From NCBI GenBank assembly GCA_035765675.1, contig DASTXC010000123.1, forward strand, positions 11,180-75,179: 64,000 nt of DNA, read 5' to 3'. The DNA comes from Verrucomicrobiia bacterium (GTDB lineage: Bacteria > Verrucomicrobiota > Verrucomicrobiia > Limisphaerales > DASXHY01). The position numbers and the translations under genes are program-made. The notes beneath the pieces were generated by a model, which was given only the letters and a program-made list of their open reading frames with translations, was not told where the DNA came from and made no database searches. This document shows positions 53,707 to 61,241 of the stretch, in pieces. Each line of letters begins with the position of its first letter. Position 1 is the first letter of the stretch.

Positions 53707-55422
53707 TTAAGAGCCAAAGGTTTTCGTCAGATACGCCAATTGCTGATTGATATTCGCCTGCGCAGTTTCCATGGCGACAAAGCTCGCGGTCATGCGCGCT
53801 TTGTCTGCCGCGATAATGCGCTCCATTTTTTCAATCTGATCATCAATGGCGTTGGCCTGTTTGGTCAGATTGTCCTGATGCGTGATCAGCGTTCCATTGT
53901 CGCCGATGGTTTTAGTGATATAAGCGTCCATCCCGACAGCCAAACCGCTCGTGGCGTTTGAGAAGAAATCTTTAACGTCCGCGAGATGATTTGCCAGGGC
54001 GTCGTTGAGCGCGGTTTCATCGCTGAGCGAAATCGTGCTGTCTTTGCCGTTGGTCTGAATGCCAAGATCGTCGAGATGATCAATCGATCCAGTCAATCCG
54101 CTGAGCGTGGTGTAAGCCAGCCGGCGCAACGAGGTGGAAATAGATTGCGCGTCGCTGTCTCCAGCCAGAATTCCCGCGCTCACTTTGCCGGAGGAATCCG
54201 TGGAGCTGGCGGTGTAGCTATCGACGAGCGACTGGACTTTATTGAAAGCGGAAATGAAATCCTGAACCGCGGTTTTGATCGCGCCGGTATTGTTTCCCAC
54301 CGTGACCGTGGTGCTGGAATCTTCTTTCAGTACCGCGACCGATAATCCGCTGATGCCGGAACTGGATTCCGTGATCGTGTTGGACTGGCTGATCAGCGGG
54401 TCGCCATCGTTGATGGTGTAAACCAGGTTGTTGCCCCGCGACAAAGTGCCGTTGGTCAATCCAGCCGCTTCCAGGAAATTTCCCGTCACGTCTTCCAGCG
54501 CAATACCCATATCGCCTGTCGCTTTGCTGGCGAGAATGAAGCGATCGTTGACCGTATCGTAACTCGCCGTCACGCCAGCCGAAGAAGCATTGATCCGCGA
54601 AATCACATTCGCGATGGAATCAGTGCCGGCATTGAAGGAAATGGAAACGCCGTTGATCTTGAACTCGCCCTCGCCGCTGCCGCCATCGGAAATCGCGGTA
54701 TTGAAATGCGTCGCGTTCAACGTGTCGGTCAGACGTACGCTGCCGAGCGCGAGGCTGCTGGAAATGGATCCCGTGCCGTTGTTGGTCAGGCGCGCGGTTT
54801 GAAGGAAATTGCTGCTGTCCGTGGCGCTGCCGAGAATGATCTCATCGCTGCTCGTCAGAACAATTTTGTCGGAGGCGGAATCGTAACTGCCGGTGACGGT
54901 GCCACCCGTGGCAGTCGAAATTTTATCAAATACACTTTGCAACGTATCGTCGGTCGCAATCGTGATCTGCTTGCCATTCACGGTGAAGGTGCCGGCGGTG
55001 ACGGTTGCGGGAAAATTGGCGTCGCTCAGCTTCAAGGCGGAAACGTCATTGGTCGTGCTCAACGGGCTGGCGACATTGGACGCGCCGCGAATCTGTGAAG
55101 CAGTCGCGAGCTGCGAAATATTGAACGTGTAAGTGCCCGCGGCGGCGCCGGTGCTGACGGAAGCGGTGGCGACGGAAGTGTCCGAGGAAGAGGAAGTGCG
55201 GCTGTCGTACAACGTTGGATCTTTGAGCGCGGCCAGCTTGGACTGGAGCGTGGTCATCAGGCTCTTGATGGTGCCGTAGGCGTTGTTCTTCGTGTTCAGC
55301 TTGCTCTGGTTGGTGAGCAAAGCCGTCTGCGGCGAACGTTCCACCGAAACCATTTGATCCACAAACGATTTCCAGTCGAACCCGGAGGCGAGTCCGGACA
55401 GTGACAGATCTGAGGTAGCCAT
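53707..55422 (-). CDS. fliD: Flagellar filament cap protein FliD
   Basis: LSLSGLASGFDWKSFVDQMVSVERSPQTALLTNQSKLNTKNNAYGTIKS is an FliD N-terminus. C-terminal ...IEKMERIIAADKARMTASFVAMETAQANINQQLAYL. Confidence 0.9.
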   Translation of the reverse strand: MATSDLSLSGLASGFDWKSFVDQMVSVERSPQTALLTNQSKLNTKNNAYGTIKSLMTTLQSKLAALKDPTLYDSRTSSSSDTSVATASVSTGAAAGTYTFNISQLATASQIRGASNVASPLSTTNDVSALKLSDANFPATVTAGTFTVNGKQITIATDDTLQSVFDKISTATGGTVTGSYDSASDKIVLTSSDEIILGSATDSSNFLQTARLTNNGTGSISSSLALGSVRLTDTLNATHFNTAISDGGSGEGEFKINGVSISFNAGTDSIANVISRINASSAGVTASYDTVNDRFILASKATGDMGIALEDVTGNFLEAAGLTNGTLSRGNNLVYTINDGDPLISQSNTITESSSGISGLSVAVLKEDSSTTVTVGNNTGAIKTAVQDFISAFNKVQSLVDSYTASSTDSSGKVSAGILAGDSDAQSISTSLRRLAYTTLSGLTGSIDHLDDLGIQTNGKDSTISLSDETALNDALANHLADVKDFFSNATSGLAVGMDAYITKTIGDNGTLITHQDNLTKQANAIDDQIEKMERIIAADKARMTASFVAMETAQANINQQLAYLTKTFGS

Positions 55423-55505
55423 ATTTTCTTCTATTTATTCTTTCTTCACCGGCGTTTCCGCCAATCCAGGCAATCCACTCCGCACCGATTTTTTCAAGGT
55501 GAAAG

Positions 55506-55533
55506 CTCGGACGACGCACCCGCGTCGTCCGAG
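55506..55533. terminator. Perfect 12-bp hairpin between flagellin and fliD
   Basis: CTCGGACGACGC, loop ACCC, GCGTCGTCCGAG. On the minus strand it is followed by CTTTCACC (weak U-tract). Confidence 0.5.
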
Positions 55534-55564
55534 GTATTCACCATTTCAACCCGACTGCGATTCC

Positions 55565-56368
55565 TTACGAGAGGAGGCGCAAAGCGGACTGAGGAGTGGC
55601 GTTTGCCTGCGCCAACATCGCTGTGCCTGCCTGGACCAGGATGTTGTATCGGGCAAATTGCGTGCTCTCTGAAGCGACATCCACATCTTTGATGCGGCTG
55701 TTCGCGGCCGAGAGGTTGTCTTTCAACACACCGAGCTGATCGCTGTGCATCGTCAGGCGCGAAACGTTCGCACCGACCGTGGCGCGATCCGTCGCCAGGG
55801 TTTCGATGGCGTTCTTCACGTTCGTCAACGCGGTTTGCGCATTCGAGAGCGTGTCCACAGTCGAGGATGTCGCCGTGGTGTAGGTTGTCGCACCGAGATC
55901 CACGCCCGACATGCTGAAGGTATTGCCTTCGCTGTCTGTCGTGATCGCATGTGAGGTGCCATCAAACAGGCTGACGCCGTTGAAGTCCTTGGTGGCCAGG
56001 TCATCAATGTAGGCGCCGAGGGTCGTGAATTCCTGGTTATACAGGGCACGATCCGTGTCCGATTTGGTGGCGTCCTGGGCGAGAACCGCCAGTTCGCTCA
56101 TACGGTTCAAACCATCCGAAACCTTCTTCAGGAACCCGTCCTGCGTCTGGTTGAACGAGATGGCGTTGCCGACGTTGGTGTTGGCCGCTTCGATGCGGTT
56201 GATCTGCGCGTCAAAGCGCATGGAGACCGCGAGACCCGCCACGTCATCTTCCGGCGAAGTGATTTTCGATCCGGAGGACAAGCGCGCGAGCGACTTGCTC
56301 AAGAGGCTGCTCGATTGTGACAGCAAGCGAGAGCTGGTTTGTGCCGATATGTTAGTATTAATGACCAT
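55565..56368 (-). CDS. Flagellin (267 aa)
   Basis: MVINTNISAQTSSRLL...LARLSSGSKITSPEDDVAGLAV. C-terminal NSRIKDVDVASESTQFARYNILVQAGTAMLAQANATPQSALRLLS. Confidence 0.95.
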   Translation of the reverse strand: MVINTNISAQTSSRLLSQSSSLLSKSLARLSSGSKITSPEDDVAGLAVSMRFDAQINRIEAANTNVGNAISFNQTQDGFLKKVSDGLNRMSELAVLAQDATKSDTDRALYNQEFTTLGAYIDDLATKDFNGVSLFDGTSHAITTDSEGNTFSMSGVDLGATTYTTATSSTVDTLSNAQTALTNVKNAIETLATDRATVGANVSRLTMHSDQLGVLKDNLSAANSRIKDVDVASESTQFARYNILVQAGTAMLAQANATPQSALRLLS

Positions 56369-56375
56369 AACTACT

Positions 56376-56408
56376 GACTCCTTCCATGAGTCACCCTCTT
56401 GCGAGGGT
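56376..56408 (-). promoter_or_regulatory. Flagellin 5' leader: two hairpins, the second presenting GGA over the Shine-Dalgarno (candidate CsrA site)
   Basis: Minus-strand reading: ACCCTC-GCAA-GAGGGT, then GACTC-ATGGAAG-GAGTC, then AGTAGTT ATG. Confidence 0.6.
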
Positions 56409-56515
56409 TTTTATTGCGCGACATCCCTGCCGCGAGGCAGACCTTTAATCAAGGCGTCCACCTGTTATTCCTCCTGACTGTTTGCGGTAGCCAGAGACCG
56501 TTTCCCGACAACTCT

Positions 56516-56542
56516 GTATCGGCGGGGTGCGCCGGGACTTGA
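56516..56542 (-). promoter_or_regulatory. Sigma-28 (FliA)-type promoter
   Basis: Minus strand TCAAGTCC-N11-GCCGATAC, compared with the consensus TAAAGTTT-N11-GCCGATAA. About 150 nt upstream of the flagellin ATG. Confidence 0.7.
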
Positions 56543-56894
56543 GCGTCGAAATTCTAAAAAAATGAACGTGAGAGAGGCGGCCTGGTCGGGCGGTCGAAAA
56601 TCGGCCCGATCGGCTTGCAGTCCGTTGGGTTCTCCGCTCCAGAAGCGCGGCGATCCGGGCGACCTGCGGCGCGAAGCGGTGAACCGGGTAGAGCGGCGAG
56701 TCCATCACGATCTGCGCTCCCCTACCCGGAAAATCCAGGTTTGCGGCTTTTGCTTTGATTGAAAGACGTGGCTTCATGTTCCTTCCTCGATTTCTGTTAT
56801 CCGGTTTCGAGCAGTCTTTAATGGCAATCCGACAAACTTTTATGCGTGATTCAGTTAATTCAGGCGGGGCTTGGCGTTGTTTCCTTTTGGGGTT

Positions 56895-56921
56895 CCCCGG
56901 GCGGCTCACGACCGCCCGGGG
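56895..56921. terminator. GC hairpin after upstream flagellin gene
   Basis: CCCCGGGCGG, loop CTCACGA, CCGCCCGGGG. Located 23 nt downstream of the stop of the 56944-57753 flagellin. There is no U-tract on the minus strand. Confidence 0.5.
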
Positions 56922-56943
56922 ATTTTGCCCGCCTGCGGTTTGA

Positions 56944-57753
56944 TTAGCTGAGCAGTTTCAGCACGGACTGGGGCATCGAGTTGGCCTGAGCCAACATGGC
57001 CGTGCCGGCCTGCACCAGAATATTGAACCGTGCGTACTGCGTGCTTTCATCCGCGACATCCACATCCGTGATCCGGCTTTTTGCCGAAGTCAGATTGTCT
57101 TTCAACACACCGAGCTGGTCGGCTGTTGACGTGAGGCGTGAGACGTTGGCGCCAATCCCGGCGCGATCGGCTGACAATTGGCTGATCGCCGCTTTCACCG
57201 CGTCGAGGGCCAGTCCGGCATTGCCCACCGTAAGGATATCCACACCCGAACCAATGGCGTTCGTGTAGGTGGCAGCGCTGAGGTCGATTCCAGCCATGGT
57301 GAAGGTGTTGCCTTCGCTGTCGATGGTGACATCAAGGGCCGCTCCGTCGAAGAGGCTGACGCCGTTGAAGTCTTTCGTGGCGAGATCGCTGATGTAGTTG
57401 GCGAGCGTGGTGAACTCCTGATTGTACAATCCGCGGTCCGTGTCCGACTTGGTTGCGTCCTGAGCCAGGATGGTCAGTTCGCTCATGCGGTTTAAAGCCC
57501 CGGCGACTTTGTCCAGGAATCCATCCTGGGTCTGGCTGAACGAGATCGCATTTCCGAGGTTGCTTGAAGCGGCGTCAATGCGGCTGAGCTGAGCTTCGAA
57601 GCGGGTGGCAACGGCTTGTCCGGCCACGTCATCTTCAGGAGAAACAATCTTCGAACCGGAAGACAAACGAGCAAGAGACTTGCTGAGGTTGCTGGAGGAT
57701 TCCATAAGCAGGCGGGCGCTGCTCTGGGCCGACATATTTGTATTGATAACCAT
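56944..57753 (-). CDS. Flagellin (269 aa)
   Basis: MVINTNMSAQSSARLL...LARLSSGSKIVSPEDDVAGQAV. C-terminal KSRITDVDVADESTQYARFNILVQAGTAMLAQANSMPQSVLKLLS. Confidence 0.95.
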   Translation of the reverse strand: MVINTNMSAQSSARLLMESSSNLSKSLARLSSGSKIVSPEDDVAGQAVATRFEAQLSRIDAASSNLGNAISFSQTQDGFLDKVAGALNRMSELTILAQDATKSDTDRGLYNQEFTTLANYISDLATKDFNGVSLFDGAALDVTIDSEGNTFTMAGIDLSAATYTNAIGSGVDILTVGNAGLALDAVKAAISQLSADRAGIGANVSRLTSTADQLGVLKDNLTSAKSRITDVDVADESTQYARFNILVQAGTAMLAQANSMPQSVLKLLS

Positions 57754-57756
57754 AAT

Positions 57757-57791
57757 AACTCTTTCCGTGAGTCGCCCTCCGTGAGAAGGGC
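57757..57791 (-). promoter_or_regulatory. Flagellin 5' leader hairpins with GGA motifs (candidate CsrA sites)
   Basis: Minus-strand reading: GCCCT-TCTCACGG-AGGGC, then GACTC-ACGGAAA-GAGTT, then ATT ATG. The architecture matches 56376-56408. Confidence 0.6.
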
Positions 57792-57899
57792 ATTGATTTC
57801 GCGCAGCGTCCTTGCTGCGGGTGAACTCTTACATGGGCGGCTCACCGTTCTGCCCTGTCAGATTTTCTGGCTCTGACTACCTGTCTTGCGACACCAGAG

Positions 57900-57926
57900 C
57901 TATCGGTGCGAGGCCGGGAAACTTGA
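57900..57926 (-). promoter_or_regulatory. Sigma-28 (FliA)-type promoter
   Basis: Minus strand TCAAGTTT-N11-ACCGATAG. Spacing and core match the promoter at 56516-56542. Confidence 0.7.
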
Positions 57927-58039
57927 ATGCGATTTGAAATATTTTTTTACTGAGGCGGAGAAAAACAGCGGGACCCGGATTTCACGAATGGACAGGAGTT
58001 TCGCGGTGCAGGCTTGATTCTGTTTCAGCCGAAAAGTTT

Positions 58040-58257
58040 AACCACGGATGAAAACCGATAAACACGGATCAGAACTCATCTCCTGTATCGAATTGGAGCG
58101 CGGCATTTATGCCGCTTTAGTTTGAAATGCATCAGAAGCTCTGAGCTTTTCCGTCCGCCGATCGTGAAGCAGGCTGAAGCCCGCGCTTCCCATTCGAGAG
58201 AAGATTCCACGGACAGCTTTGGCTTTTATCCGTGTTTATCGGTGTTCATCCGTGGTT
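58040..58257. mobile_element. MITE-like 218-bp element with 30-nt terminal inverted repeats (family B) enclosing degenerate family-A hairpins
   Basis: AACCACGGATGAAAACCGATAAACACGGAT (58040-58069) versus ATCCGTGTTTATCGGTGTTCATCCGTGGTT (58228-58257): reverse complements with 1 mismatch. The interior has GGAGCGCGGCATTTATGCCGC and GAAGCAGGCTGAAGCCCGCGCTTCC. There is no ORF. Confidence 0.6.
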
Positions 58258-58341
58258 GATTCCCTTTTGGTTTCAGGTGGCCGCCGCGCCTCCACCATTT
58301 TGTGGATTCCCGAGCCGCCTTGACATCATTACGTTCTGCTC

Positions 58342-59130
58342 ATGAAAAACTTTCCTCTTCGCTTTGCGGGCCTGCTGATCACCACCGCCCTGCTCTGCTC
58401 CTGCAAGTCCACTGTGGCCGAAAAGAAAATGGCTGCGGAATCCAACTCCGCTCCAGTTGTGTTCATGATCGGCGATTCCACCATGGCAAACAAACCACTC
58501 AGCCCGGCCCAACCGGAACGCGGCTGGGGCCAGCTTCTGCCGCTTTATTTCAAACCCGAAGTGCGCGTGGAAAATCTCGCGGTGAATGGTCGCAGTTCAA
58601 AAAGTTTTCGCGATGAAGGCCGTTGGAAAGCCGTTCAGGAAAATCTCAGGCCCGGCGATTACGTGATCATTCAATTCGGTCACAACGACGAAAAAGCCGA
58701 TCCCAAACGTCACACGGACGCTTTCGGTTCCTTCAAGGAAAACCTCGAACGCTACGTTCGTGAAACGCGGGAACTGGGCGGACTTCCGCTGCTCGCAACG
58801 CCGGTGGTGCGACGCGCTTTTACGAACGGAACGGAGTTGATCGACACGCACGGCGATTACGTGATCGCCGTCCGCCAGGCCGCAGCCGAGCAGCATGTTC
58901 CGCTTCTGGATTTGCAGAAAGACACCGCGGCGCTGGTATCAAAACTTGGACCGGATCTTTCGAAGAAAATGTATATGTGGATTGAACCCGGCGAGTTCGA
59001 CAGCGTGCCAAAAGGAAAAGAAGACAACACGCATTTCAACGCTTTCGGCGCAACACGTGTGTGCGATTTAGCAGTAGAGGAAATAAAATCCGCAGTCCCT
59101 GAACTGGCGAAATGGCTGCGGGGAAAATAG
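58342..59130 (+). CDS. SGNH/GDSL hydrolase, rhamnogalacturonan acetylesterase-like (CE12-like)
   Basis: Lipoprotein-type signal LLITTALLCSC. Block I VFMIGDSTMA, block II NGRSSKSF, block III QFGHND, block V DNTHFN. Confidence 0.8.
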   Translation: MKNFPLRFAGLLITTALLCSCKSTVAEKKMAAESNSAPVVFMIGDSTMANKPLSPAQPERGWGQLLPLYFKPEVRVENLAVNGRSSKSFRDEGRWKAVQENLRPGDYVIIQFGHNDEKADPKRHTDAFGSFKENLERYVRETRELGGLPLLATPVVRRAFTNGTELIDTHGDYVIAVRQAAAEQHVPLLDLQKDTAALVSKLGPDLSKKMYMWIEPGEFDSVPKGKEDNTHFNAFGATRVCDLAVEEIKSAVPELAKWLRGK

Positions 59131-59203
59131 TTTGAACAAAGGATACAAAAGGAACGGAAACAGACCTCAAGCTATAAACTTTGAGCCCCCGAAGTACAAG
59201 TTG

Positions 59204-59488
59204 TCAGGTTTCCGAAACACGACGTTGGGAGATCGTTCGATAGCTGCGAACCAGCGCGAAACTGTTCCCGACAAACAACAAACCGAAAACACCGAAAATC
59301 CAATGCTGTTGCCGACGCGTGATTTGTCGCTGTCGTATCAATTCTGCTTCCGTTTCCGGAGAAGGCGCTGCGTGATAGGCAACCACGGCGCGCCCTAAAT
59401 CTGCCCGATCATGGAACGCCGGGCCGGCGAGCATCAAGTAGCCAAAGACAATTTCAGTGAAAATCAAAATGACCAATCGAACTCGCAT
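59204..59488 (-). CDS. Possible small two-TM membrane protein (94 aa)
   Basis: MRVRLVILIFTEIVFGYLMLAGPAF...HWIFGVFGLLFVGNSFALV. This is the only plausible part of the long ORF 59204-60304, whose remainder overlaps uppP antisense. Confidence 0.35.
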   Translation of the reverse strand: MRVRLVILIFTEIVFGYLMLAGPAFHDRADLGRAVVAYHAAPSPETEAELIRQRQITRRQQHWIFGVFGLLFVGNSFALVRSYRTISQRRVSET

Positions 59489-59613
59489 ATGAAGTGTGGT
59501 CTTTGATTTTGGCGACCCCGGGATTTCGCAAGCGGTGGCGTGCGTGTGAAGGGCCAGCGTTATTCCCCTTCTCTGTTTCCTTCGTTCCCTTCTGTTCAAT
59601 CCATTCCGGATTT

Positions 59614-60408
59614 TCAAGCCATCGTCAGCGCCAGCAGCACGATTCCCAACGCAATACGATACCAGCCGAAGCCATTGAACGTGTGCGTCTGCACAAAGCG
59701 CAACAGCCATTTCACCACAATGAACGCGGTGATCATCGCAACCAGTGAACCCAGCAAAACCATCGACCAGTTTTCCTGGTTTGTTTCGTGATGGCGGATT
59801 GCAGAAAAAATTTCGTATCCACCGGCTGACAACAGCGTGGGAATGCCGACCAGAAATGAAAATTCCGTCGCGGCTGGACGGCTCAAGCCCATGGCCATCG
59901 CAATCAGGATTGTGGCGCCGGAACGCGAGGTGCCGGGAAAAATCATCGCGAGAAGCTGTCCCATCGCCACCATGACGGCGATTCGCCACGTGATTTCGGA
60001 TGCGCCGGATTTTCCTTTCAACATTCGTTCGATTACAAGAATGGCGATTCCGCCAATCAACGTCGCCCACAACACCGGTTCGACTGCTTCCTTCTCCAGC
60101 GTCATGCCGAGCTTTTTGAGAATCAGTCCGACGAAACCGGTGATAAAAAAAGCGGTGAAAAGTTTCAGCAGATAATCGCGATTCGCCGGTTGTTTCCAGC
60201 CGAGCGCCAGGTCTTTCGCGCGCCGACAGAACACCGCGAGAACAGCGAGCACCGCGCCGCATTGGATCACCACGTTGAACAGTTCCGATTGCTTCGGCAG
60301 CCAATGAAACCGTTCCGCAATCAGCAGATGGCCGGTGGAGGAAATCGGCAGAAATTCAGTGACTCCCTCGATCATTCCCAGCAGAACAATGGCAATCCAT
60401 TCAGGCAT
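59614..60408 (-). CDS. uppP: Undecaprenyl-diphosphate phosphatase
   Basis: MPEWIAIVLLGMIEGVTEFLPISSTGHLLI..., FPGTSRSGATI, multiple TM helices. The ORF-track start at 60507 is an extension. Confidence 0.9.
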   Translation of the reverse strand: MPEWIAIVLLGMIEGVTEFLPISSTGHLLIAERFHWLPKQSELFNVVIQCGAVLAVLAVFCRRAKDLALGWKQPANRDYLLKLFTAFFITGFVGLILKKLGMTLEKEAVEPVLWATLIGGIAILVIERMLKGKSGASEITWRIAVMVAMGQLLAMIFPGTSRSGATILIAMAMGLSRPAATEFSFLVGIPTLLSAGGYEIFSAIRHHETNQENWSMVLLGSLVAMITAFIVVKWLLRFVQTHTFNGFGWYRIALGIVLLALTMA

Positions 60409-60525
60409 GCGCTGTAGAAACGGGAAAACGGCGGGAAAAACAAGGAAAGAGTAGCCGCCGAAAAAGTGGAATCGCTGCCCCGCGGCGAACGCAGGACAGC
60501 GATTCAAAGCACAGCGCGTTGTGAA

Positions 60526-60933
60526 TTACTTCTTTTTTCCAAGCAGCGAAGCAAATCCGCCTTTGGAATCTTCCTGTCCCTGGCGAACCTTCAGCTGCCC
60601 GAGAATGGAATGCCAGCCGATGTAAATCTTGTGCCACTGGCTTTCCACATTGCGCAGCGCGCCTTCGTTCATTTCGCTCAGGTAACGCAGCGACGGCGCG
60701 TTGCCGATCAATGTGTGGACTTCTTCCTTCGTGGGCGAGGCGACCTCGACGGAGGCGAGAATCAATTCCAGTTCCTGCACGATCACGCTCTTGATTTCGA
60801 GGAACTGGTTTTCGTCTTCCGGTCCGAATTTTTTTGTGCGGGCCTGATTGACGAACCCGTTGAACTGTTTCCAGCACTCCAGATAGTTTTCCATCTGCGT
60901 GATCAGTTGTTCGAGTTTTTTGGAAGTGCTCAT
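60526..60933 (-). CDS. Hypothetical 135-aa helical protein
   Basis: Compact ORF spaced 8 nt from the upstream gene. No family recognised. Confidence 0.55.
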   Translation of the reverse strand: MSTSKKLEQLITQMENYLECWKQFNGFVNQARTKKFGPEDENQFLEIKSVIVQELELILASVEVASPTKEEVHTLIGNAPSLRYLSEMNEGALRNVESQWHKIYIGWHSILGQLKVRQGQEDSKGGFASLLGKKK

Positions 60934-60941
60934 AAGCGAAA

Positions 60942-61241
60942 TCAGTTTGGCGAAGAAGTGGTTTTGGGAGAAAGAAAAACAATCGCGCCGCCGCGCAACT
61001 CACGGGCGGTAATCTGGAAGCTGGCAAAATGCAGCGTCAATTCATTCACTGAAATCTGCGCCGCGCGGGAATCGCGAAACAGCCTGAGAATTTCCTTCGC
61101 AACGTCTTCCAGCAATTCTCGCGGATACGACGATGCCACCGTCGTGGTGACGATATTGCCATCACGATCCACCGTGAAACTTCCGGAAGGCAGCTTCTGC
61201 ACCGCCGCGCCGGATCGGGAAAAGAATTTCAGGAGTCCCAT
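60942..61241 (-). CDS. Small protein, possibly Roadblock/LC7-like (99 aa)
   Basis: Start MGLLKFFSR at 61241 (13-nt overlap with the upstream regulator). GSFTVDRDGNIVTTTVASSYP...ELTLHFASFQITARELRGGAIVFLSPK has the alpha-beta-alpha pattern of Roadblock-like domains. The family assignment is by eye only. Confidence 0.5.
   Translation of the reverse strand: MGLLKFFSRSGAAVQKLPSGSFTVDRDGNIVTTTVASSYPRELLEDVAKEILRLFRDSRAAQISVNELTLHFASFQITARELRGGAIVFLSPKTTSSPN

Noticed and set aside
59489-60304. Upstream 272 codons of the 366-aa minus-strand ORF 59204-60304
   Set aside because: This part overlaps uppP in another frame and is Arg/Gly-rich. Only the last 94 codons, which encode two hydrophobic helices downstream of uppP, were kept, as a low-confidence small membrane protein.
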